From NCBI GenBank assembly GCA_026413625.1, contig JAOAKO010000002.1, positions 6,623 through 70,622 on the forward strand: DNA of 64,000 nt, in the 5' to 3' direction. The position numbers and the translations under genes were made by a program. This stretch comes from Candidatus Micrarchaeota archaeon (lineage in GTDB: Archaea; Micrarchaeota; Micrarchaeia; CABMEP01). Each line of letters starts with the position of its first letter. Position 1 is the first letter of the stretch. Below, one piece after another: positions 39,475 through 48,487 of this stretch. The notes beneath the pieces were generated by a model that searched no databases, had not been told where the DNA came from, and was given only the letters and a program-made list of their open reading frames with translations.

Positions 39475-40464
39475 ATGATTTCAGAGGAGCTAAAATCATT
39501 GCTCAAAAAGCAAAAATACAGATTTGCAGGCAGCCATTCGCTAGTTAAAATATGCCATTATACGCAGTCTTCGATGACAAAAAATCAATGGTGCTACAAA
39601 AATCAATTTTACGGAATCAAAAGCCACCAATGCCTGCAGTGCACAACAACCCCATTCTGCTTCAATCAATGCATATTCTGCTGGAGGGCGCAGCCAGGGG
39701 AAGTGAATGCAGGCACTGATGACAGCAATGGCATGGAGTGCGACAACCCGGAAGAAATAATAGAAAAAATGCTGGAGGCGCAAAGAAAGCTGCTCTCTGG
39801 AATAGGGGGACACTATAGCGTGAACAGCGAGCTATGGAGAGAAGCGCAAAATCCTAAGCACGTCGCACTGAGCGTGCTTGGAGAACCGATCGCATATCCG
39901 AAACTCAAGGAGCTGCTTTCAGAATTCCATAAGAGGGGAATGAGCACTTTTCTTGTTACAGCCGGAGGGGCGCCAGGCGCGATTAGGAACATGATTAAGG
40001 AGAATTATTTTCCGACCCAGCTTTACATCTCCATGGCAGCGTTTGACGAGGACAGCTTCAATAGGATAATGAGGCCAAAAAACAAAGACGGATGGAAAAG
40101 ATATCTGCAGTCTTTGAAATTGATGAAGGAAGCAGGCAAGCACACCAGAACAGTCGTAAGAATGACGCTCATTAAGGGCTTGAACATGGATTTGGATTAT
40201 GTCAAAGACTATGGAAATCTTATACGGATCGCAGAGCCGCATTACGTTGAAGTCAAGGCATATATGGCTGTAGGTTTTTCAAGAAAAAGAGTCGGGCTCC
40301 AAGGAATGCCGTATATGGAGGAGATAAGAGAATTTGCAGAAAAGCTAGGAAAGGAAATCAACTACATAATGACCGACGAGCACAAGGATTCAAGAGTCGT
40401 CCTGCTATCAAAAGACGAGAACGCAAAGAAAAACAGGTTTATAGATTTCACAAAAATAAGATGA
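39475..40464 (+). CDS. taw1: 4-demethylwyosine synthase (radical SAM)
   Basis: HSLVKIC, CYKNQFYGIKSHQC, CFNQCIFCWR, PKHVALS..GEP, YVEVKAYMAVGFS. Confidence 0.94.
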   Translation: MISEELKSLLKKQKYRFAGSHSLVKICHYTQSSMTKNQWCYKNQFYGIKSHQCLQCTTTPFCFNQCIFCWRAQPGEVNAGTDDSNGMECDNPEEIIEKMLEAQRKLLSGIGGHYSVNSELWREAQNPKHVALSVLGEPIAYPKLKELLSEFHKRGMSTFLVTAGGAPGAIRNMIKENYFPTQLYISMAAFDEDSFNRIMRPKNKDGWKRYLQSLKLMKEAGKHTRTVVRMTLIKGLNMDLDYVKDYGNLIRIAEPHYVEVKAYMAVGFSRKRVGLQGMPYMEEIREFAEKLGKEINYIMTDEHKDSRVVLLSKDENAKKNRFIDFTKIR

Positions 40465-40470
40465 TCGGAG

Positions 40471-40911
40471 CTATTTGAGCACCTTCTCGAGCGTCCCTAT
40501 CAAGCTGTCAAGGAGAAGATTGTCCGCTCTTTTGATGACAGCAATCATCTTTCTTCGGGCAACCAGCGGAAATCTGTTTTCCAATATTTCGTCAATGGTT
40601 CTTATTTCCTTATCTTCAAAAACAGGCTTTCCGTCCTTTCCTCTATTCTTTGCATTTTTGAATATCTTTATTATTATTTTAAGGTCATCTGCGTTCAAAG
40701 CCGCAAGCTCTATTCCTGTAGACAACCCTTGGACAAATATGATGTCGCGCTCTATCCCGTCCGCCATCAATCTTTTTACATGGGTGTATTCAGCAGGCGC
40801 AAGCTTTCCCTTGATAAGCGTAAGAACAGATTTGATAATGTCCAATCTTTTTCTGACCTCTCTTTTCGCATCCTTCTTAATATCTTTTTTCTCCTTAAAC
40901 ATCTCGGCCAT
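40471..40911 (-). CDS. Hypothetical basic protein
   Basis: ORF with SD-like GGTGGA before MAEMF; no recognised family. Confidence 0.6.
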   Translation of the reverse strand: MAEMFKEKKDIKKDAKREVRKRLDIIKSVLTLIKGKLAPAEYTHVKRLMADGIERDIIFVQGLSTGIELAALNADDLKIIIKIFKNAKNRGKDGKPVFEDKEIRTIDEILENRFPLVARRKMIAVIKRADNLLLDSLIGTLEKVLK

Positions 40912-40977
40912 AAATCCACCTATATTTGTATACATTATAGTTCAAATTTTAATACTTTTCTAAGTTAGGTTAGCGTG

Positions 40978-43461
40978 TTAAATTTCTAAATATATTGCAG
41001 GCTTTCCAGGCTTTGCCTTTTGCGCCTTATTTTGCGGATCGTATTTTTCTTTTTCATTTACGGCATACACCTGAATATCCATTTCAATGCTTCGCTTAAC
41101 CATCTCTAGATTATCCATATATCCTTGTTTTTCGTTAGGCAAGCAGTATACGTAAGCCTTCTTTATCTTAGCTCCTTTACCTTTTATCAATTTAGCAACA
41201 TTGTTTATGTCTGCGGCAAGGTTCTTTGCCATCTGCTCTTCCTTTTCATACTGGAGATTAATTTTATTTTCGTCTGCCTTTGGCCATTCCGACAGCGAAA
41301 TAAACTCCTTTCCGCTTTTGTTATTCCCGATCTTTTCCCAAAGCTCTTCCGTAATATGCGGGCAGAAAGGATGTAATAACTTAAGAAATGAGGAGAGCAC
41401 ATCCTTGCTTTCTGTTTTTTCCTCCTTGTCTTCAAGGTATTCGAAGAACTGCCTAAGCTTAATGACTGCAATGTTGTACTTGAATTCTTCAACCGAAGAA
41501 GTAACTTCCCTTATTAGGATATTAAGCTTGCTTTCTGTTTTTTTATCGCTCATCCCGATTTTCACATTTGAGAAATAGAGCTTTATTCTTTCAACGAATC
41601 TATAAGAAGACTGGATCGTTTCGTCGCTCCAGATGAAATCCTTGTCGGGCCCTGCAGTTGAGACAAGATAAATTCTAAGGGTGTCAACATTGTACTTTTC
41701 TATCATTTCAAGAGGGTCCACCACGTTTCCTCTCGATTTGCTCATTACAACTCCATCAGGGCCGTGCACCATTCCCTGGTTAAAAAGCCTTTTCACAGGT
41801 TCCCTGTAATTTATCAGCCCTATGTCTCTAAGGAATTTTGTGTAAAATCTGAAGTATATCAGGTGCATACAGGCGTGCTCTGCTCCTCCGATATAGGTGT
41901 CAACAGGAGTCCAATACGACGCCTTTTCTTTGCTGAATATCTCCTTCTCATTATTCGGGTCGGTGTACCTAAGGAAATACCAGGAAGAATTAACAAAAGT
42001 GTCCATCGTATCTGTTTCTCTTCTTGCGGCCCCTCCGCATTTCGGACACTTTGTCCTTATGAATTCTTCATTAGTGAGCAAGGGATTGCCCTCCCCAAAT
42101 CTTACTCTTTCCGGAAGCGTAACGGGAAGGTCTTCTTCAGGCACGGGAACAGTTCCGCACCTTTCACAATATATTATGGGTATCGGGGTGCCCCAGTATC
42201 TCTGCCTTGATATCAGCCAATCTCTCAGCTTATACATGATAGCTTTTTTCCCGATTCCTTTCTTGCTAAGATACTCGGTTATTTTGCCAATCGCCTCTCT
42301 GCTATTCATTCCGGTAAATTGTTCGGAATTAACAAGATTCCCTTCTTCCGTGTATGCTCTCTTCATTTCTTCAGCTTTCAGCTCCCTATCCTTTGGCTGG
42401 ATTACCACTTTTATCGGAATGCTGTATTTCTTGGCAAACTCAAAATCCCTTTGATCGTGGGCCGGAACAGCCATAACCATTCCGCTTCCATACTCCGCAA
42501 CTACAAAGTTGCCCGCATATACGGGAATCTTTTCCCCTGTAAGCGGATGTAGCGCATAGCTTCCGGTGAACACGCCTTCCTTTTCCATTGTCTCAATGTC
42601 TTCTTCTTTGACTGTTTTCAATGACTTAATGTATCTGTCAACCGATTCCCTGTTCTCCGGCGTTACCAATTCATAAAGGTGGGGATGGTGCGCAGAAATT
42701 ACAAGGAAGGTGACGCCGTAAATAGTGTCAGGCCTTGTGGTGAATATCCTCCAAGGCTTTCCGTTTATCATAAACTGAATTTCAGTTCCTTCGCTTTTTC
42801 CTATCCAGTTTTTCTGCATTGCCTTTATTCTTTCAGGCCATTCCTTGAGGTTGTCTATTTCGTTGTACAACTCCTCGACATAGTCGGTTATTTTAAAGAA
42901 CCACTGCTCAAGGTATTTTATTTCGACGTCTGTATCTTTGTGCCTCCAGCATTTGCCATCGTGAATCTGCTCATTCGCAAGCACAGTCTGGCACTTAGGG
43001 CAATAGCTGACAGGCGCCTTCTTTTTGTACGCCAATCCCTTTTTGAACATCTGCAAAAATATCCACTGGTCCCACTTGTAGTATTCGGGAGTGTGGGTTT
43101 TAATTATTCTATTCCAGTCATAGCTAAGGCCGAGTTTTTTCTGCTGCCTTATAAAGTTAGAGATCGCTTTTTCGGTGTATTCCTTTGGATGGACGCCCTC
43201 TTTAATAGCTGCGTTTTCCGCAGGCAGTCCGAAGCTGTCGTACCCCATTGGATAAAGGACGTTATATCCGTTCATTCTTTTGTACCTTGCATAAATGTCT
43301 CCAATCGTGTAGTTAAAAGCATGTCCCATGTGCAAGCCAGAACCGGAAGGATAGGGGAACATCTCCAGGCAATAGAACTTCGGCTTTCGTGGGTCTTCGT
43401 GCACTTCAAATGCCATTTCTTCCTCCCATTTTCTCTGCCACTTCTCTGCTATTTCATCCAT
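40978..43461 (-). CDS. leuS: Leucyl-tRNA synthetase (bacterial-type core, archaeal-like C-terminus)
   Basis: KFYCLEMFPYPSG..LHMGH, MQKNWIG, FTTRPDT, AVPAHDQRD, RDWLISRQRYWG, YIGGAEHA, MSKS; ends YDPQNKAQKAKPGKPAIYLE. Confidence 0.96.
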   Translation of the reverse strand: MDEIAEKWQRKWEEEMAFEVHEDPRKPKFYCLEMFPYPSGSGLHMGHAFNYTIGDIYARYKRMNGYNVLYPMGYDSFGLPAENAAIKEGVHPKEYTEKAISNFIRQQKKLGLSYDWNRIIKTHTPEYYKWDQWIFLQMFKKGLAYKKKAPVSYCPKCQTVLANEQIHDGKCWRHKDTDVEIKYLEQWFFKITDYVEELYNEIDNLKEWPERIKAMQKNWIGKSEGTEIQFMINGKPWRIFTTRPDTIYGVTFLVISAHHPHLYELVTPENRESVDRYIKSLKTVKEEDIETMEKEGVFTGSYALHPLTGEKIPVYAGNFVVAEYGSGMVMAVPAHDQRDFEFAKKYSIPIKVVIQPKDRELKAEEMKRAYTEEGNLVNSEQFTGMNSREAIGKITEYLSKKGIGKKAIMYKLRDWLISRQRYWGTPIPIIYCERCGTVPVPEEDLPVTLPERVRFGEGNPLLTNEEFIRTKCPKCGGAARRETDTMDTFVNSSWYFLRYTDPNNEKEIFSKEKASYWTPVDTYIGGAEHACMHLIYFRFYTKFLRDIGLINYREPVKRLFNQGMVHGPDGVVMSKSRGNVVDPLEMIEKYNVDTLRIYLVSTAGPDKDFIWSDETIQSSYRFVERIKLYFSNVKIGMSDKKTESKLNILIREVTSSVEEFKYNIAVIKLRQFFEYLEDKEEKTESKDVLSSFLKLLHPFCPHITEELWEKIGNNKSGKEFISLSEWPKADENKINLQYEKEEQMAKNLAADINNVAKLIKGKGAKIKKAYVYCLPNEKQGYMDNLEMVKRSIEMDIQVYAVNEKEKYDPQNKAQKAKPGKPAIYLEI

Positions 43462-43585
43462 TTTACCACGCCATAGTTGGAACGCAAAAGCAACATAAAA
43501 GCAATATATAATATATAAATAGAAATGAATTTAATTCTATTTTACTAATGTATTTAAGATATTGCCGCTCATTTCAAGTGATTAG

Positions 43586-45241
43586 ATGGTAGCAACGCTG
43601 CAGGAAATATTAGATCATTCGATAGCTACAGTTTTTAATACAGACTGGTTCGGAACATCGATATTAGCCCTTATTCTTTCTGCAGCTTTAAGCGCATTGG
43701 CATGGATGCTTTCTTCCGCGTTTCAATCAAACGAACTTAAGGGATGGGCCAGAAAAGAGCTAAGCGAATTCATAGTTTCAGCCTTGATCCTTGTTTTAAC
43801 AGTTCCTTTACTTATGGTTATTACAGGCATAACAATTGCATATGCAACAAGCGCTGATCCAAACATACAATACGGAAAAGCAGATCCCTTCTCCATTGCC
43901 AAAAGTTATTTGGATAAAGTTGAGCAACAATTGGTTTCGGTTTATACAGAAGTTTCAGGTTCTATCATTGTACTGACCGCTATTTCTTCTTTTAGCATAG
44001 ACCTTGGGCTGATAGCAAAGCTGTTGATCACTTTTCTGGCGTCTTTATTTTCCGGGGGAGCTGCAGCGATACCCGCATTCTTTACCAAATTCAGCGTTTT
44101 AATCGGAATGGGATCTCCATTTTCAACAATAACGAATTTTCTTGAAACAATCCAGTCTGCAATGATTGTAATACTCCTGGCCTTTTTTGTGCAAAAGGAA
44201 ATTTTATTTTTTATACAGGCGGCGGCATTGCCTGTATTGATGCCAACAGGAGTGCTGTTGCGCGCGTTTCCCTTGACTCGAAGAGCAGGCTCTACCTTGA
44301 TTGCATTGGCGCTGACATTGTTTATAGTCTATCCCTTGACTCTTGCGTTTGTTGGCCACATGTATGAAACCACGTATAATGCTGTGGTTTCGGAACAGCC
44401 AGCTCTGCAACCGCAAGGAGAGCTGCATCTTTTGGTAGAAAGGGAGCTTCCGTTATCGGGGGATTACTATCTTGACTATAAGCAGGAATTCAGATGGCTG
44501 ACATATTACAATATCACTTATTCCATATGGCACGATATTAATTGCAATCAGGCCGGCAGTTATTTTGATTCCCAGATAATGGGCAACAACCTGGCAATAC
44601 CTCCAGACAACCATAATTATTGGAGAATTACAAGCGAGGAAACGGTTTGGACTACAACGCCAGATGGAGTACCATTGCCGAATGTAATAACATCTTCAAA
44701 ATGCTATAAGAAGTTTATATACGGGGTTTCCGCAAGCAGTCAAACAATCGGATTCGTATTGACAAAAGATTATTATCCAGAAAAGGATTACAAAAACCAT
44801 TCCATAATACTGGTTGCAAAATTGAATGAAAACGCGCAGGCAATGCAAACAAATGTGGAAATATTCAATTTCTACCTAGGAAATCCATGTGAAAAATATC
44901 CGTTGCTATGCAAGCTTGGAATAGTCGGAGGGGAGGTTCCAATAAACGACGTGAGCTACGGTACAATCGCAATTGACGCCGCAATTTCAGGGTTGAAAGG
45001 AATGACTAAAACATTTGCAACAGTTGGCGGAAGAACGATTACAAACATCGGACTGACACCTTATGCCGCAGGATATGTGTTTTACGATTTCACAAACAGC
45101 CTGCCTTTGATGGTTCTTCCATTCTTGATTGTGCTATTCAGTTTTGTCGTAATACTTATGGTTTCAGTTTCATCTTTCAAGTCAATATCCACCACTCTAG
45201 GTGGGGAGACTAAACTTATAGAATTAGGCAGATTAATCTAG
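43586..45241 (+). CDS. Multi-pass membrane protein, CedA/VirB6-like paralog 1, with a large extracellular insert
   Basis: WARKELSEF; LMPTGVLLRAFPLTRRAGSTLIALALTLFIVYP; C-terminus ISTTLGGE..LGRLI. Confidence 0.75.
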   Translation: MVATLQEILDHSIATVFNTDWFGTSILALILSAALSALAWMLSSAFQSNELKGWARKELSEFIVSALILVLTVPLLMVITGITIAYATSADPNIQYGKADPFSIAKSYLDKVEQQLVSVYTEVSGSIIVLTAISSFSIDLGLIAKLLITFLASLFSGGAAAIPAFFTKFSVLIGMGSPFSTITNFLETIQSAMIVILLAFFVQKEILFFIQAAALPVLMPTGVLLRAFPLTRRAGSTLIALALTLFIVYPLTLAFVGHMYETTYNAVVSEQPALQPQGELHLLVERELPLSGDYYLDYKQEFRWLTYYNITYSIWHDINCNQAGSYFDSQIMGNNLAIPPDNHNYWRITSEETVWTTTPDGVPLPNVITSSKCYKKFIYGVSASSQTIGFVLTKDYYPEKDYKNHSIILVAKLNENAQAMQTNVEIFNFYLGNPCEKYPLLCKLGIVGGEVPINDVSYGTIAIDAAISGLKGMTKTFATVGGRTITNIGLTPYAAGYVFYDFTNSLPLMVLPFLIVLFSFVVILMVSVSSFKSISTTLGGETKLIELGRLI

Positions 45242-45248
45242 TGATGCA

Positions 45249-46127
45249 ATGAGCGGAACGTGTACAGCAGTAATAGACATCTGGCCGTTTATAGGCTTAG
45301 CGTCAGCTCTAACAATAGCCATAATAGCATTGCTATATTTGATAGGAAGAATAATGCAAAAGAGCGAGTTTGAGGCGGTTGCAAAAAAGGAATTGAACCA
45401 GTTCTTCCTTTCATTCTTAATAATATTGGGCGTTTTAGGCCTTGCAGGCATAGTGTGCAATGCAACTCCTTTGATAGCACAGGACATATTCGCAAGAGGA
45501 GATCACTTCTCAGTGTCTGAGGAATATCTCAATACGCTCGTCTATGGCAGAGGATTGCCGACAATCCAGAGGCTTTGGCTTTCATCGTTTATTTTGGAAT
45601 CTCTCTCAACAATCGAATATTCTACCATTCTGCCTTTAGGCAAGCTAAAATTCAGCCCTGGCGCAGTTCTTTTGCCTTTTGCAAAGTCAATAAGCGTATT
45701 TGATTCTCTTTTCACTATTTTAGTGGGAAGCATCCAGGCTCAGTTGGTCTTTTTGCAATTAGCCGAAGCATTTGCGCTTACACTTGTGCTGCCGATAGGG
45801 CTGATATTAAGGACCATACCTGGCTTAAGGAAAGGAGGCTCCTTCCTCATCGCTTTTTCATTTGGATTTTACGTGGTGTTTCCATTGACATATGTGATGA
45901 ACTATGCGATATATAGGCAAATAGATCCAAGCTTTGATTCATTGGTGCAATCGCCAATCTCTCCATTGGAAACGTTTAAACTTTCTTCAGATATCCTGTT
46001 AATATTTAAATATTTCAATGAATTTTCAATATTAATACCGCAGGCCACATTCCTTCCGATATTGAATCTTACCATAACCAGGTCATTTATAATCATATTT
46101 GCAAAATTCCTAAGCGATATTGAGTGA
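45249..46127 (+). CDS. Multi-pass membrane protein, CedA/VirB6-like paralog 2 (minimal form)
   Basis: VAKKELNQF; VLPIGLILRTIPGLRKGGSFLIAFSFGFYVVFP. Confidence 0.75.
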   Translation: MSGTCTAVIDIWPFIGLASALTIAIIALLYLIGRIMQKSEFEAVAKKELNQFFLSFLIILGVLGLAGIVCNATPLIAQDIFARGDHFSVSEEYLNTLVYGRGLPTIQRLWLSSFILESLSTIEYSTILPLGKLKFSPGAVLLPFAKSISVFDSLFTILVGSIQAQLVFLQLAEAFALTLVLPIGLILRTIPGLRKGGSFLIAFSFGFYVVFPLTYVMNYAIYRQIDPSFDSLVQSPISPLETFKLSSDILLIFKYFNEFSILIPQATFLPILNLTITRSFIIIFAKFLSDIE

Positions 46128-47304
46128 TAAGATGTTTGAATTATTATTTGCAGGATGGTTTCAACTGGCTGTTCTTGTAATATTCATCTCTTTGACTTTA
46201 GTTGCCATAATATACATGATTTCAAGCATGCTTCAGAATGATAACTTCAAGAAATGGGCTCAAAATGAATTATATCAAGTGCTGGCATCTGCGATGTTGC
46301 TTGGGTCGGTTTTCCTATTTTTAGGAATCATCGACAATATTGTTTTGAATCTGATCGCATTGATCAATCCAAGCCTCAATTTTCAATGCACCGGTTCGGT
46401 ATGCAGTTTCTCTGTAGAAAGATTCAATGAATTCGTGATAGGCCAGAATTTAGCTTCCCTTAAAATCGAGCGCATAGAATGCAACCAGGGATATTGCCAT
46501 ATTGAAGTTGCAAAGTCGCTTGTGAATAACTTCTATGACGTAATCAGATACTATACTGCAAACAAGATTGTCGACATAGGGTGGGTTTCCATATTCAGGT
46601 CCATGACAATCACCATCTATAATTCGTTCACTATTCAGCCTTTAGCGGGTCTGCAGCCTATCTTAGACATATACAAATCGTTCATCAGCTACATCGCATA
46701 TATCTTAATCTGGCTGAAAACAAACGAGATATTTCTGACATTCGTCTCAGTCGCGCTGTTTCCTTCATTTCTAGTTGCAGGAATAGCGCTCAGGTCCATC
46801 TCCATAATGAGAGGATTGGGAGGCTTGTTGCTTTCGATCGCGGTCGGGTCATTTTTTATATATCCGATGCTTCTGATTTTTGTTACCACAATCATATCCC
46901 CAGATCCGAATTATCACGTTATATCATTTTCAGATTCCAGCGGATTTGCAGCCAATATTCCGGAAATATCGGATAGCGGTTCGGCCGGTACTGGAAACAT
47001 AATATCCAGCAGATCAACAATAGACTCACAGAAGGAATCTGCAAACAGCTTGATCAGATTCTTTGAAAAGATGTTTTCCTTTGTATTAATCAAGCATGAG
47101 GACGGCTCCACATCCGACATATTTACTCATTTGATGTTTCGGACGATCGAGCCGGGGGGCTTCTTGGACAGCATAGCATTCTTATCCGTATGGGTGATAG
47201 TTCCTGCAGTGATTTCAATATACGGAACATTGGTGTTCATAAAAGAGTTTTCAACATTTTTAGGGGGAGATATAGACATAGCCGGGCTGTCAAAGTTAAT
47301 ATAG
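46120..47304 (+). CDS. Multi-pass membrane protein, CedA/VirB6-like paralog 3
   Basis: WAQNELYQV; AGIALRSISIMRGLGGLLLSIAVGSFFIYP; FSTFLGGD..LSKLI. Confidence 0.75.
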   Translation: MSDKMFELLFAGWFQLAVLVIFISLTLVAIIYMISSMLQNDNFKKWAQNELYQVLASAMLLGSVFLFLGIIDNIVLNLIALINPSLNFQCTGSVCSFSVERFNEFVIGQNLASLKIERIECNQGYCHIEVAKSLVNNFYDVIRYYTANKIVDIGWVSIFRSMTITIYNSFTIQPLAGLQPILDIYKSFISYIAYILIWLKTNEIFLTFVSVALFPSFLVAGIALRSISIMRGLGGLLLSIAVGSFFIYPMLLIFVTTIISPDPNYHVISFSDSSGFAANIPEISDSGSAGTGNIISSRSTIDSQKESANSLIRFFEKMFSFVLIKHEDGSTSDIFTHLMFRTIEPGGFLDSIAFLSVWVIVPAVISIYGTLVFIKEFSTFLGGDIDIAGLSKLI

Positions 47305-47322
47305 CTTAACAACAGTGATAAT

Positions 47323-48474
47323 ATGGGGGAACTGAATTATAGAAATTTCATATTGGCATTTCTCCTTACTTTAAGTTCTATTCCTTTCTCATTTGCGCAG
47401 GATACAATTACTCTAAGAAACGTACCTTGGATGCTGACCGTAATCGCAGCCTTATTGGTTGTTTTGTCTTTAATTGTTATAGGATATTTATTCTCTAAAT
47501 TCTTTAATATAAAAGAGCTTGCATCATGGGCAAACAATGAGCTGTATCAGATAATAATGATGAGCCTGATCGTATTTTTCATATTCGGCTTGTTGAGGCT
47601 GGAAAGCTTCATATTCGAAGCATACGGCTTTACACCTTCTATGAGGGGGGAGAACCCTTCGATAGACAATGCTAAATTATATCTGAATTCAGTAAGGTCA
47701 TACTTAACTTTTGTTTTGGGCGGTTTGCTTATAGAGAAGAACGCGCTTTCGCTGTCAAACAGCCTCTTAGAGCAAGCCATTGACTCGGGAAGCAAGGGAA
47801 TACTAAAGGCATTGCAAAACAACAAATATTTCTCAGGATTTAAAATATTCAAGATAGACAACAAAGCGATTGCTAAATCATTCACAAATGTATTCTCTTC
47901 AGTTCTAGAAAAGGCGTTAGCCCCCTTTACATTTGTATACGCTTTCAATTCAATGCAACTTTACTTTCTTGAATTTATAGAGAGATATGCATTCCATTTC
48001 TTCCTTCCTTTCGGGCTTTTCTTTAGGGTGTTTAGCTTTAGTAGAAAGTTTGGAAACATCCTTATCGCACTTTCAATTGGATTTTATATTGTTTTCCCGC
48101 TAACATATCTTATAAGCCAAAGCATAGTGGATTCAGTTTTAAACTTCGGCAAAGTCGGAAACCAATACAGTTGGAAAGACATACTTGGAGCAAGAATGGG
48201 CCAAACGAACAACGCTGTAAGCGACCTTTCAGGCTCCAGTTGGGTTGACAGGCTAAAAGAAGAGTTAACTAGAGAAATCGCAAATCCAATCGCAAACGGA
48301 ATAAGCTTTGCTATAAAATTAGTTTTCGCCTTATTTAGCGAGGCGGCATTTGCATTTGTGCTATTCACTTTGGTGCCGATAATAGGTTTTACAATCACGG
48401 TAAGCGTTGTGAGGGATTTAGGTTCATTGCTTGGTTCAGATATCGCGGTGAACGATCTGCTTAAGATGCTATAG
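47323..48474 (+). CDS. Multi-pass membrane protein, CedA/VirB6-like paralog 4 (signal peptide)
   Basis: WANNELYQI; FLPFGLFFRVFSFSRKFGNILIALSIGFYIVFP; LGSLLGSD..LLKML. Confidence 0.75.
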   Translation: MGELNYRNFILAFLLTLSSIPFSFAQDTITLRNVPWMLTVIAALLVVLSLIVIGYLFSKFFNIKELASWANNELYQIIMMSLIVFFIFGLLRLESFIFEAYGFTPSMRGENPSIDNAKLYLNSVRSYLTFVLGGLLIEKNALSLSNSLLEQAIDSGSKGILKALQNNKYFSGFKIFKIDNKAIAKSFTNVFSSVLEKALAPFTFVYAFNSMQLYFLEFIERYAFHFFLPFGLFFRVFSFSRKFGNILIALSIGFYIVFPLTYLISQSIVDSVLNFGKVGNQYSWKDILGARMGQTNNAVSDLSGSSWVDRLKEELTREIANPIANGISFAIKLVFALFSEAAFAFVLFTLVPIIGFTITVSVVRDLGSLLGSDIAVNDLLKML

Positions 48475-48487
48475 TTGGTGAAAGAAT

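Noticed and set aside
42679-43476. 265-aa + strand ORF, and similar shadow ORFs at 8210, 34621, 37733 and 51954
   Set aside because: Antisense to well-supported genes (leuS, kinase, P-type ATPase, endA, 815-aa gene); no motifs.
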